From the NCBI RefSeq assembly GCF_009914755.1, contig NC_060943.1: a stretch of DNA of 64,000 bases. The stretch is one strand, 5' to 3'. Positions within the stretch are counted from its first letter, which is position 1. The number at the start of each line of letters is the position of its first letter. The notes under the pieces were generated by a model. It did no database searches, had not been told where the DNA came from, and was given only the letters and a program-made list of their open reading frames with translations. Position numbers and translations under genes: made by a program. The stretch is from the human T2T-CHM13v2.0 reference genome, Homo sapiens. Shown here one piece after another: positions 52,472 to 64,000 of this stretch.

Positions 52472-53747
52472 TGCATAGGGCACCCAGGCTGGAAACTAGC
52501 AGGGAGCTGGCCAGCACACCCAGCAGGTGCCAGGCTGCAGGGAGCTCCTGCTTCATCTCAAACACAAGAACACTCAGCTCAAAGCACAATATTTTCTGGC
52601 TTAGAGTTTGGCTCTTAGAGTGGCAGCTGTTCCTACCAAAGCAAACATTGAAAATCTGTAATTTTCAGAAATAATCGCCAACCCTCAAAAAAGATGTGTT
52701 TACACCAAAACTCCTCCGTGTGTTCACCCTGCATTCACTCAGTGTCGAGTTGCAGTTTTCTCTGCACTTCATCGCTCTGCTTCCTCCTGAACAATTGCTT
52801 TTGCCAGGGAGCATCAGCACAGACAACTAGATCCTGAGCAATGACCAGCTGGGCTCCTCCCCAAATGGAGCCAGATAATTTTGTGTTACCACTTCTGCAT
52901 TTTTTTCAAATCACATCTATGCTTAAGCAGAGAGCAAACTCTCAACTCCAGCGGCCAGCCTATGGGAAGCTATAAACCTTCATTAGTTCAGCTTCAGGTG
53001 TCTTCATCAGCCTCTCCCGTAGGTGGCCTTGCAACCTGATCTTGGTTTCAAAATTAAAAATGCAGCTTCCTTGGCCTTCGCTGGACTCACAGAGCCTACA
53101 GTTGGAGACTTATGCACTCTACATTTTAAAATGGGACTCACAAGCCTGTGCACTTGAGGCCCATGGGTGGATGGCATTGCCTGGCTGGGAAATGTCAATT
53201 TCCCAACTGGGCATTCATCCATCCACCAGCCAAGTGGCCAGTGGATCTTTGTTGAGCAGTTCCTGTTTGCCGAGCCTTGTGTAGATCTCTGCTGCGAGGG
53301 AGGAGGAGGTCCCCACCTTAAGGAGCTTTTAAGGCTTGTTGGGAAGGCAAGGCATATATCTGAAAAGCCCCATTGCATGCAAGTTAACTAACGATACAGG
53401 ATGATGCCATGAGACCTCTGCCATCCACGTACCAGAACCTGCTCTGCTGATTTCCTGGCTCGATGTCCATTTGCTGCTGGCTCGTGCTCATATTCACAAG
53501 TCACTCTTGAGAGTCCTTTCCCTGTGCCAGACCCCGTGCTGAGTTTCAGACACGCAAGGATGGACAGCACACAGCTTTGGCCCTCCAGGCGCTTGCATCC
53601 GACTGTGGAGAGCCACTCTTAGAAACCCAGGGAGCAATCCAAGTCTGTGTGTGACGCCACTCCTGGACCTGGGGAACACAGAGCCCCTGCCAGTGCCCTG
53701 GGAGCTGGTATTCTTGCAGGGGTGGAGACAGACCTGTCTTTTGTGGC

Positions 53748-54235
53748 CTGTTAGTTTCCTTGTGGCTGTTGCACCAATGACCACAAACATGGAGACTTAA
53801 AATTACAGACATTTGTGCTCTCACAGTTCTGGAGACCAGGAGACTGAACTCAGCATCACTGGGCCCACATCGAAGTGTGGCATGGCCCTGCTTCCTCAGG
53901 GGGCTCCCAGGGAGAATCCGTTCCTTGCCTCTTCTGGCTTCTGCTGGCTCCGGTGTTCCTGGGCTTGTGGCTGTATCACTCCAGCTTCAGTGCCAGCACC
54001 TTCAAATTTCTCCGTGCTGAATTTTCACATAGACTTGCCCTCTGTCTGTGTCAAGCCTCCCTCTGCCTTCCTCCCTTAAGGTCACTTGTCACTGCGTTTA
54101 GGTCCCACCAGGATAATCTTTGCATCTCAAGATTCTGTTCTTAATCACATCAACAGAGACCCCCTTTTCCTCATAAAGCGACAACCACAGGTTCCAGTGG
54201 CTGGGACCTAATGTTTCGGGGAGCACTGTGCTGCC
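53748..54235 (-). mobile_element. MLT1-type MaLR LTR
   Basis: ttagtttcc...accacaaac...ctcacagttctggag...cttaatcacatc...cacaggttcc. Confidence 0.8.
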
Positions 54236-54809
54236 TGTCGCATGTGGTTTCCTAGATCATCAGGCCCAGGCTGGCCTTTTGGATGTGGCCTTAAGTATTC
54301 ACGCCACAGAGGCTCATTCTCTTGTCCCTGTTCTACCACTTTTTAGCCAACTTCCCCAGGACACGTGTCCTTCCTGGTAAGGAAGCGCTTGGGGTCACAG
54401 ATCAGCCTGCGGCTTTGTGGCCTCCTGGGAGACAGGCCCAGCCCGGCCCACCTCCTCCTGTCGCCTGGAGGTTTCTGAGAGCTCATCGTCACTTTCTCGT
54501 CCCTCAGTGTGAATGCCTAATCATTCATTGAAGGCCTGAGTTCTGTGAACAGAAAGCAGGTTACGAGTCAGATCCATGGCTGGGGTCAGTGAGGAAATAC
54601 AAAGGAGATTAGGGGGACAAAGAGGGGACAGGGCAGGCAGAACTCTGGTAAGGCAAGCAGGCCACCCTGGCCTCAGCCCTCCTGGAGCACGGCTCTGCTC
54701 TGTGTGAGACCTGAGAGGGGCACGGGGCCCGTGTGCACCTGTAGCTCTCCCCACTCTGTATTCCGGGGGATTCAGGGGATTCGTACCACGCCTGCCAGTG
54801 GAAGCTCTG

Positions 54810-55128
54810 GTTTTTCGTTTTTTTTGTTTTTTTTTTTTTTTTTTTTTTGCTTTGTTTTGTTTTTAAGAGACAAGGTCTCACTCTGTTGTCCAGGCATGAT
54901 CACCACTCACTGCAGCCTCTATCTCCTGGACTCAAGCAATCCTCACCTTCAGCCTCCCGAATCGCTGGAACACAGATGCACACCATCACACCCAGCTAGT
55001 TTTTAAATTTTTTTGTAGAAATAGGGTCTCACTAGATTACCCAGGCTGGTCTCAAACTCCTGGCCTTAAGCAATCTTCTTGCCTTGGCCTCCCAAAGTGC
55101 TGGTATTACAGGCATGAGCCACCTGGCC
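54810..55128 (-). mobile_element. Alu (AluJ-like)
   Basis: Long T-rich tail and antisense dimer with small deletions. Confidence 0.9.
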
Positions 55129-55545
55129 AAAATTCTACTTTCAAAACAAGCAAACCAAAGGACCTCATGCTGAGGCCCTGATTCTCACTGAGGCGGTTGC
55201 ATCAATATAATGATTCTGATCCTCACAGCATCTCAGGGGAGGCTCCCTGCCCTCCAGAGGTTGGCCTCTGATGGCCATTTCACAGATGAAGAGACTGAGG
55301 ATCCGAGAGAATAAGCAACCTAACTGAGGACACAGAAAGGGAGAAAAATGGCCAAGTGGCCAGGGTGTGGAAGCCAGGCCTGGGGATTCTCTGCCATGAA
55401 ACATTGGCTGTCATGACTGAGCTCCTAGCCTGTGAGGACTTGCATGTATGCACGGCCTGGTTGTGCATAGAAGGGAGAGAAAGGCCGGCCGTTAGTCTTT
55501 CTGGACTTCTCAGGCTTTGGCCTCCTCCGAGACCCTGGGGGGCTG

Positions 55546-56818
55546 CCCTTTCTGCCTTGTATTCCCCCAAAGTCTCTGCTTCCTAACAACAGAGTTTGCC
55601 TTCTTGCTTAAGACCCAGTGAGCAGGCTTCTGTTCTTGCAGCCAAAGGAGCTTTGGTCCCAGCAGTGGTGGTGGCTGGGGCAGCGCAGCCTCCTGCATGG
55701 GCTTGGTGGAGTCCCGGGGCCCCTGTGTGCAAGGTCCATGCTCCTCCAGCTTCCAGAGGCCCAGCAGGGGCCAGGGCTGGGTCTTGCTGACCCTGAGGTT
55801 AAAGCTACCACTATCGCTAGGGAGAGCTCTCTGTGGGCTTTCACACCCCAGAAGTCCCAGGATACAAGTCTCCTGAGGAGGGCCTCTGGGAGAGTCCTGC
55901 TGGGGACATGGATCCCTGTGCGGGGGGTATTTTATAGATGTGCAGGATGCTGAAGTTTCAATCCAAGCCTTTTCACTTCATCGCCAACCACCCTGCTCTC
56001 TTTAGTACCAGCAACATCATCAAGTCACCGCAGAGAAGCAAGTACCCCTGGGCAGCCTTGACCCCCACCCAGAGAGACTCACCAGGTTACAGAGGCTGGA
56101 ATCTGATGGGGTGATGGTTGTTGGTTGGGGTTTCTCAGGTTTAAGGAGAGGATTTTCCCTACCCATACCCCCCACCCCATTGCCATTCTCAAGAACTCAT
56201 CCCAGTTGCCCGGAAGAACATCCCAGGCTGAGTTATGTTGTGTGACCTTCTCACCAGTCTTTGCAGATTAGAAGTAGGGTGGACATCTGAGCCAAGCCAT
56301 GCCAGTGTTCTGTTTGTGGAGGATTTGGAGTTAAGGCGGGGAGGCCCTGGGAGCCAGCCTCCTGTCTTCAAGGTGCCAGTGACTTAGAGGCCATGGGTTT
56401 CTTCCTTTTGTCCTAAAAACATAGAGAGGGCTGATGCAGAGGAGAACCACAGGAGCCGAGGGAGAAGAGATGCCACCTTGGGGCTCCTCGTGTTCCCAGG
56501 TACAGGCTGTACGTCTGGAAGGCAGGGCCCTCCTTCCTGCCTTGGGTTTCCCCAAAAGTCTCTGCCTCCTAACAAGGTTTACTTCCTTCCTTAAGAACCA
56601 ATGAGCAGGCCTCTGTTCCTAGCTGCCAAAGGGCATCTGGCCACAGCAGCAGGAGCTGTGCAGCCCCATGCGTGGGCTTGGAGGCCTCACACAGCTTCTG
56701 CATGGAGGGCGAGGGGCTCCTCCAGCTCCCTGAGGCCCAGCAGGGCCTGGGGCTGGGTCTTGCTGACCCTGAGGGTAAAGTCACCCCAGTCATGAGGGGA
56801 AGGGCTCTGTGGGCTTCC
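55546..56818 (+). repeat. Diverged ~300-bp direct duplication (copy 1 ~55546-55842, copy 2 ~56528-56818)
   Basis: Colinear shared blocks: aaagtctctgc(t/c)tcctaacaa, tgagcaggc(t/c)tctgttc, gctcctccagct, gaggcccagcaggg, gggctgggtcttgctgaccctgagg, ctctgtgggctt. Confidence 0.9.
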
Positions 56819-57059
56819 TGAAGGACATACGCTTTGGAGGTAGAGCAGGGTGGCCTATGGGGAGAGGGAAGGAACAGGGCCACAAGTTGTCCCAGAACAT
56901 TTGGCTGTTAGAGGGAGTGTATCAGGGCAGGAAGGGAGATGGCCCTGGCGCCGGCAGCTCTGGTTAGCTTCCTCTGCATGTCACATGTCCACATCTCCAG
57001 AGTTCCTGCAAGGACAACAACAGTGCCATTTAAGTGAGGAACCTGAGGTTTAGAGGACA

Positions 57060-57500
57060 TATTTCCTTCCCAGGGCTGCCGTCAGAGAACAGTAACTGGT
57101 GGGGGGAGAGGTGGGGGCTTAAGACAAGAGACATTTATTCTCCCACTATTCTGGAGGCCAGAAGCCTGAAATCAAAATGTCCACAGGGCTCTGCGCCCTC
57201 CAAAGGCCCTAGGAAGAGGCCTTCCTTACCTTTTCTGGTGGCTCCAGGTGTTCCTGGGCTTGTGGCTGCCTCGCTCCAGTCTCTGCCTGTGTATTCATGT
57301 CGTCTTTCCTCTTATCTCTTGGTCTTCTCTTCCATCTCTTAAAAGAGCGCTTGTCCTTGGATTTGGGCCCACCTGGATAATCCAGCATGATCTCATCTCT
57401 AGATCCTTAACTTAATTCCGTCTACAGAGACCCCTTTTCCAAATAAGGACACATTCACAGATGCTGAGGGTGGCAGGTGGACATGCTATTTTGGGGCCTC
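57060..57500 (-). mobile_element. MLT1-type MaLR LTR
   Basis: atttattctc...ttctggaggccagaag...gatctcatctctagatccttaacttaat...ccccttttccaaataagg. Confidence 0.8.
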
Positions 57501-58235
57501 ATTTAACCTTCTGCAGATAGGCTGGCTGATTTTCCACTGTCACGCAGCAGTAAATATCTGAGCGAGGTCTGGAACCAGCCCAGTCTGACTGCCATGATAT
57601 TTGCTGGATACAACATGAAGATATGGGAGGAGAGGGAGAAAGGCCAGGGCAGAAAGAGCCTCCCAACACTTTCAGTATTTCCTGCACTCTCTGGGAAAAC
57701 ATAGGTATGATGATATTTATTCTAGATCAATGGCTGTTAGAGAAAAGCCAGGGTGGGAGGCCCTGGGACTGCCTTCACTCCTGGGTCCCTGTGCTCCCAC
57801 ATATGTTCCTACATGAACCATGGCCTCCCTCTCAGAAGATGCCCTCAGATCCCATGGGTGCATTGCTAGCAACATCCACAGGCACCGGGATCTTGAGCAC
57901 TGGAGCGGCCCCAAAGGGGAAGGTGTTGGTTGGTCCAGGAGGAGAGCACTCTCCAGGGAGGTGAAGGGCCAGAAGCAGAATGGAGCAGAATTCCTTCTAC
58001 TCAGGCTGGGCTGCAAGGAGAGGCACTGCCCAGGGAGGCCGATAGTGAAACCTGGTGCTACCTGGCAGTCAGTCTGCAAAAGGGAGGAGGCTGTGGAGAA
58101 CCCTGTCCCCCTACCTACATTTCTGTCACCCCAGAATTGTTCATGCAGTGCTTTGACACTGCCAGCACCTCTGACCTCTGACCCTCTGTAGAATCCAAAT
58201 GCGGAACTTTATCAGGGATCCATGCCCACCCCCAG

Positions 58236-58285
58236 CACACACACACACACACACACACAACACACACACACACACACACACACAC
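58236..58285. repeat. (CA)n microsatellite
   Basis: Direct reading, one interruption. Confidence 0.95.
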
Positions 58286-60214
58286 GTTTTTGTGGGATGA
58301 GTCTGAGAGGACCCTCCAGGGCTGTCCACGTTTCCCACTCCAGCCCTCCTTCCTTTACCTTCACACTTGGCCTCCCGACTTACTCTCAACCCACCTCCTT
58401 GGTGTGCAAACTAACAAAATGCACTTTTCTGCCCAAACTCCCCTACATCATTAAGTGACATAGAAAGTTCAGTTCAATACGGGGGAAAATTGAATTTATC
58501 TTGGAAATGTTTTATTCTTCCAAAATTTCACTTTGGCAAAGTCTAATGCATAGAAAAGCATGAAATACTACAGCTCCAGACCAAGCAAGTTGTTCCACTA
58601 AGCATTAAGCCGCAGGGTCCGAATTCTGCCTCTCTCCCGTCAACCACTCTCTTTAACTCAAATGCCCATCAACGTCCCGGCTAAATGTGAGTTTTCCACG
58701 GATCGCATCTTATCATAATGTCACAAAACCCATAGAATTACAAATCAGGTTTAAGGCAGAAAACATGACAGGCAAATATAAGTACACAAAAAGTACATTA
58801 AGGATCCATCTTCATTTATTCTCCGCATTCCAACCTACCTCTCCACGCAGACCCGCTCCGTGCGGCGCTCAGCTTGAAGTAGCCTCAGATCCATTTTAAA
58901 GTGGACTGAAATATAAATGACAGTTCACACTGCACATGAACATAGACAACTGTATAAAATATTTAAATAAAGACAAGAAAGAACAGAGGATTGCAGCAAA
59001 GCCTTTGGCAGAACCGGCCTTGGGGAATTTAGCAGCTTGAGATTCATTACAAATATCATCTTTAATGTTATTTTTAGTTCAATATTTTGTAGCACTCAGA
59101 AGTAAATCTTGGTGCGCTGTCTCCTCTCCCCTGCCTTTCTCTCCTTGGGTGACTGATCCTTCAGTTGTACTGAAACCTAATACGTTTTCAATAAAATTGA
59201 TTTGTGACGTCGTAATGCTGTTTGTTTACCATCTCCCATTCCTTGTTGTAATGGGAGAGAACTATTGCATCATTTGGCAAAGTGAGGAGGATTGCTCTTG
59301 ATTGCTGAATAAATTGACATGAACCTGGAAACAACCCTGTTGCAATGTGAAAATGCTCCATTGAGCCTTCCCTCCCTCCTGCACTCTCCCATTTTGAAGT
59401 TCTCGCCTGGTATTCCAGTCCTGAGTGCTAAGGGATCATCTGTCCTCCCGAAAGAGAGCCATTGTCCCAAATATGGATGCAGAAGAGAGAGAAAACTTGG
59501 TTTTAAATAATTGCTCTTTGGTTTCTTTCTCAGTGTGACTCTTCATCTCTAGCTAGTTTGCCACCTCAGGAGGAAATTCTAAAAAATGGCATTTGTCCCC
59601 AGGTGAGGGGTAGGAGAGGACCAGTTGACTAGAAGCCCTGTTCTGGGGTCATTTTGCAAATTCTTCAGTCTTCCAGGGGAACTGCAGGGAGAGTTAAACA
59701 AAGCTCTGTCCAGGAGGCAGCTGGCAAGATGGAAAGGAAGGCAGAAAACATTGCCTTGCTGCTCGGCCAGCTCCTGGGGTGTATGAGTGGAAGCCCTTGA
59801 GGAAAGGACAGACCCTAGTGGTTTTTGACAGAGCAGAGCTGGGGTTTCACGTTTGTCACTCCAGGGCAGGCTTTGACTCCTGGCCCAGGGAAGTGAGGGG
59901 CTGGGGAGAGAGGCTCAGACGGGAGCTCAGAGCAGCCTGGGAAAGGGATTTTTCAACCCAGATATTAATGGGCCCATGATGTTTCCTAGATGGAGCCCTC
60001 AAGGGCAAGCCACCCTCTCTGTGACTTGGTTTCTTCACATCAAAAATGAGTCTGATGCCCTTTGCCCTTGACTTTAGTAGGATTTCTGAGGAAGAAGGAA
60101 AAAAAAATTCTCTTTTAGTATTGAAGTTATGTTTACATATGTAAAAGCAAAGGGAGAGAACTCAGGTGGTGATTTGGGTAATTTATAACTAAATAAAGCC
60201 TAATAGTGTTTTGT

Positions 60215-60521
60215 TTATTTATTCGTTTGATTTTTAGAGACAGAGTCTCACTCTGTTGCCCAGGCTGGAGTGCAGTGGTGCATTCATGGCTCACTGCAGC
60301 CTCCATGTCTCTGGGCTCAAGCAATCCTCCCGCCTCAGCCTCCTAGGTAGCTGGGACTATAGGCATGCACCACAGTGCCCAGCTAATTTTTATATTTTTC
60401 TGTAGAGACAGGGTCTCATTACATTGCTTAGGCTGGTCTCAAACTTCTGGTCTCAAACAACCCTCCTGTGCCTCCCAAAGCACTGGGATTATAGGCGTGA
60501 GCCAGTGCACTTGGCCAAGCC
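60215..60521 (-). mobile_element. Alu (AluJ-like)
   Basis: Antisense dimer. Confidence 0.9.
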
Positions 60522-60822
60522 TAATCATTTTAAAAACAAAGATAGTTAGATATTTCAACTATGGAACAAAAAAATACCCAACGGTTGTTGTAGTTAGATT
60601 TTTGTTGTTTTGTTTCTTATTTATCAAGAGAACTACTTCACCAGATATTGTGTTGATGTGGCCCAAGGTTAACAGGAAAAATCAGAAGGACTCAGGTATC
60701 TGAGAACATGAGTACCCCACGCAGCCAGGATGCTGCCAGTCTAGGAAACTGAGGTGCTGGCCAGGGGAGAGCCAGGCTTATAGAATTCAGAACCGGTTCT
60801 GGGTGGCCTTTGGAATGTATTG

Positions 60823-61510
60823 TGATATGGTTTGGCTGTGTCCCCACCCAAATCTCATCTTGAATCTTAGCTCCCACAATTCCCATGTGTTGTGGGAGGG
60901 ACCCAGGGAGAGGTAATTTCATCATGGGGGCCGGTCTTTCCCATGCTATTCTCATGATAGTGAATAAGCCTCACGAGATCTGATGGTTTTATCAGGGGTT
61001 TCCACTTTTGCTTTTTCCTCATTTTCTCTTGCCACTACCATGTGAGAAATGCCTTTTGCCTCCCGCCATGATTCTGAGGCCTCCCCAGCCATGTGGAACT
61101 GTAAGTCCAATTAAACCTCTTTTTCTTCCCAGTCTCAGGTATATCTTTATCAGCAGCATGAAAACAGACTAAACAATAAATTGGTACCAGTATATTGGGG
61201 TGTTGCTGAAAAGATACCCAAAAATGTGGAAATGGGTAACAGGCAGAGACTGGAACAGTTTGAAGGGCTGAGAAGAAGACAAGAAAATGTGGGAAAGTTT
61301 GGAACTTCCTAGAGACTTGTTGAATGGCTTTGCCCAAAATGCTGATATGGACAATAAAATCCAGGCTGAGGTGGTCTCAGCTGGAGATGAGGAACTTGTT
61401 GGGAACTGGATCAAGGGTGACTCTTGATATGTTTTCACAAAGAGACTGGTGACATTTTGCCCCTGCCCTAGAGATTTGTGACACTTTGAATTAAGAGAAA
61501 TGATTTAGGG
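60823..61510 (+). mobile_element. THE1 5' LTR (60823-61175) plus truncated internal sequence (61176-61510)
   Basis: tgatatggtttggctgtgtccccacccaaatctc...cagcagcatgaaaacagact, then aattggtaccag...gctgaaaagatacccaaaaatgtggaa (MaLR internal). No 3' LTR. Confidence 0.9.
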
Positions 61511-61553
61511 TTTTTGCCAAAGTAATGACTATTACTTTTGCACCAACCTAATA
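61508..61553. mobile_element. MADE1 (Hsmar1-derived MITE) remnant
   Basis: attacttttgcaccaacctaata is the Hsmar1/MADE1 terminal inverted repeat plus TA; preceded by ggtttttgcca. Confidence 0.8.
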
Positions 61554-61894
61554 GCAGAAGTCAGGTGCATGGACTGCAGCCTGCTAAAGGCTATCTGGTT
61601 GGCACACCATCAGCTACAGGCAGCAGGACTTTGCAAGTGAAATCTCTTTCTACCATTTCTCTACCAATCTTCAATCTGCATTCTGGACCGCAAAGACAAG
61701 AAAGCTCACTGTGCCACAGTCCGTTTTGAGCATATCAGAGGATAAGCATGCTACATAATAATGGGTCAGGCAGAAGGAAAAGCTGACTTCTTGCAGCTCA
61801 CATCGTAGGAGAGGAAAGGGTCAAGTTCAGAGCAGCAGAGGCACTGTTTTTGCCTTTTTTCCCGTGACATGACACCATTCCACTTAAGTAGCTG

Positions 61895-61990
61895 CTGTCA
61901 GATTCAATGAGAAAATACGTGTAAAGCATTTTACACACTGTCTGGCACATACTAACCACTCAATAAATGTTAGCTTGTTATTATTATCAT
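61895..61990 (+). mobile_element. MIR 3' fragment
   Basis: aatgagaaaatacgtgtaaagc...tggcacata...ctcaataaatgttagc. Confidence 0.7.
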
Positions 61991-62619
61991 TTTCCTAAAT
62001 GGAGAGGTCAAACCAATTAGCTGAGATTTTCTTTTTAATGAAAACTCTGATGAGTTAATCATTGTGAGGTAGGGAGGCTTTGAAACCCCTGTTAACTGGG
62101 ATGATTAAAACATACTTGATTAAGCTGAGGCAGTGACAGCATATAGATTTTCTTACAGGCCAACTCCAACCGAGTCATGGTGGTGGCCACTATTGTTAAG
62201 AAGGGTTCTGAGGCTGAACAAGGCTTAGGACGAGGGAGTTTTCAGATGAATTAGTCACATGTGCCTTGCACACCAGAGATATGTGGGCAGGGGTGATACA
62301 TGACATTCCTGTCCTTTGGAATAATCAGAATTCATGGCTTTTATTAATCATAGAGCTTCAAGAAAACAGATTAGAAAGGCTGCTTAGCTCCATAAGCTGC
62401 AAATGTTAGAACAGAGGTAAGATGAGAAAGAAGTTTCCAGAATGTGCCAAAGGTAAATATGCTTCTTCAACGTTGTCTGGATTTTCCCAAGAAGAAAAAG
62501 GAGGAGAATGGTGATGAGAAGAAGATGGAGAAGGAGAAAATCCTTTAAGATATGACTTACAGAGGCATTATAAACTGAAAGGATCAGCGTCTAGAATGTG
62601 TGCGTGTGTGCGTGAACAC

Positions 62620-63360
62620 AGAAAACCATAAACAAATAAGAAAAAGACAAACACCTAATAGAAAGACAGGTCAAGGCTAAGACTTCTTAGAGAAAAGCCA
62701 ATGATCAATAAATAAAAGCTGCTCGATTTCACCAGTGGTCCATGCTGTGTGAACTAAAACAGCATTCTATGGCTCCAAATTGGCAAAACTTTTGAATCTG
62801 ACAGTATAAAGGATTGGGAGGATGTGAGAACTGGGTAGGGGTGCACACAACTCACAAGCCCTTAGGACAGCAAGTTGGCAACCTCTAGCACAGCTATAAA
62901 CGTGCCAATCTTCTGCTGTTCCAGCATTTCCACACTAGGTGTGTACTCTCAGAAAACGACAGTCAATGAGTCCCATGGAAGGATGCTTCCCATAGTATGG
63001 TGCAGTAAACATCAAAAGCCAAAACTAGCCAGACAGCCCCACAACAGGGAAATGGTGCATAGCGACCAGACACAAGATGTATGGTTTACCTCTGAGTAAT
63101 AGAGAAGTGTCCACGTCATGTTTATGTAGAGAACAAGTATGGCACGGAGGACAGTCCCTCGTCTTCTACCAATGCCGTACGTTTTCCATCTAAATACAAA
63201 GAACATGTCCTGAAGGCCACACACCCACAGATAATTATGATAATACAGAATATATGGCGGATTGGGATGGGAGAGGGTCAGAGAGGACTTTACTCTTATC
63301 TGTAATGTTTTAATATTTTATAACAATAATGTGTTCATGTATTCTTTGAGTAATTAAAAG
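62620..63360 (+). mobile_element. Highly diverged L1ME-like fragment
   Basis: aaattggcaaaa...ttgggaggatgtgagaa...agcatttccacactaggtgtgtac. Confidence 0.55.
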
Positions 63361-63363
63361 TTA

Positions 63364-63647
<284 letters not shown>

Positions 63648-64000
63648 TTAAAAAGAGCCTCGACTCCTGGATTTACAGAGCACAGGCAGGCGGCTGGGGG
63701 TGGTCAGCTGGATGCACGTGGCGATGGCAATGTCTCTGCGTCCACAGCAGCCTCTGGCCCTTTTCCTTGGCTGTTACTGGCCATGTTCATGACTGAGCTC
63801 CTTTGAAATGTGTTCACTGGGGAAGAGCAGTCTCCTGTTTCCTGTTGCTACTGCTTGAAATCATGATTTCAGAGCCCAGGCTGTAGGATGGGCAGCTGCC
63901 TCTTCCCTAGGTGGGAACAGAATACTGGCCCAGCCTCTTGAAGTCTCCTTGCAGGTTCCTACCCTCTTGGTACTTTAGAGGGGACCCTGAGAAGCAGAAG

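Noticed and set aside
60788-60801. 14-bp perfect palindrome CAGAACCGGTTCTG containing the Grainyhead motif AACCGGTT
   Set aside because: About 64000/4^7, roughly 4, such palindromes are expected by chance in this window, and there is no supporting context.

Overview
Primate genomic DNA, almost certainly human (AluY/S/J, THE1 and MADE1 elements). The window is centred on the promoter CpG island of TSHZ3 (teashirt zinc-finger homeobox 3, minus strand). The only protein-coding sequence I can support is the 40-nt coding part of exon 1 (15763-15802, MPRRKQQAPRRAA+G, donor GTACGA). Everything to its left (1-15762) is intron 1, and the large exon 2 lies outside the window. The first ~26 kb has no recognisable Alu, L1 or LTR and carries several enhancer-like clusters of PBX/HOX/MEIS/TCF motifs. 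From ~26.1 kb onward the sequence is ordinary repeat-rich upstream DNA, with 18 Alus plus old L1, MaLR, MER33 and MIR/L2 fragments. The best leads are splice and promoter signals in and near the island: (i) an upstream minus-strand ATG with tandem donors, one of which gives a second 40-nt phase-1 first exon; (ii) a plus-strand 28-nt microexon with a UGC element; (iii) a plus-strand TATA...GTGAGT first-exon unit; (iv) a candidate poison exon in intron 1. Further leads are a strong CTCF motif near the repeat boundary, a diverged ~300-bp direct duplication retaining an ERE-like palindrome, and a THE1 element truncated at a MADE1 remnant. All of these are sequence-level predictions, I ran no database search, and some may already be annotated. 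Repeat boundaries and subfamilies were read by eye and are approximate.
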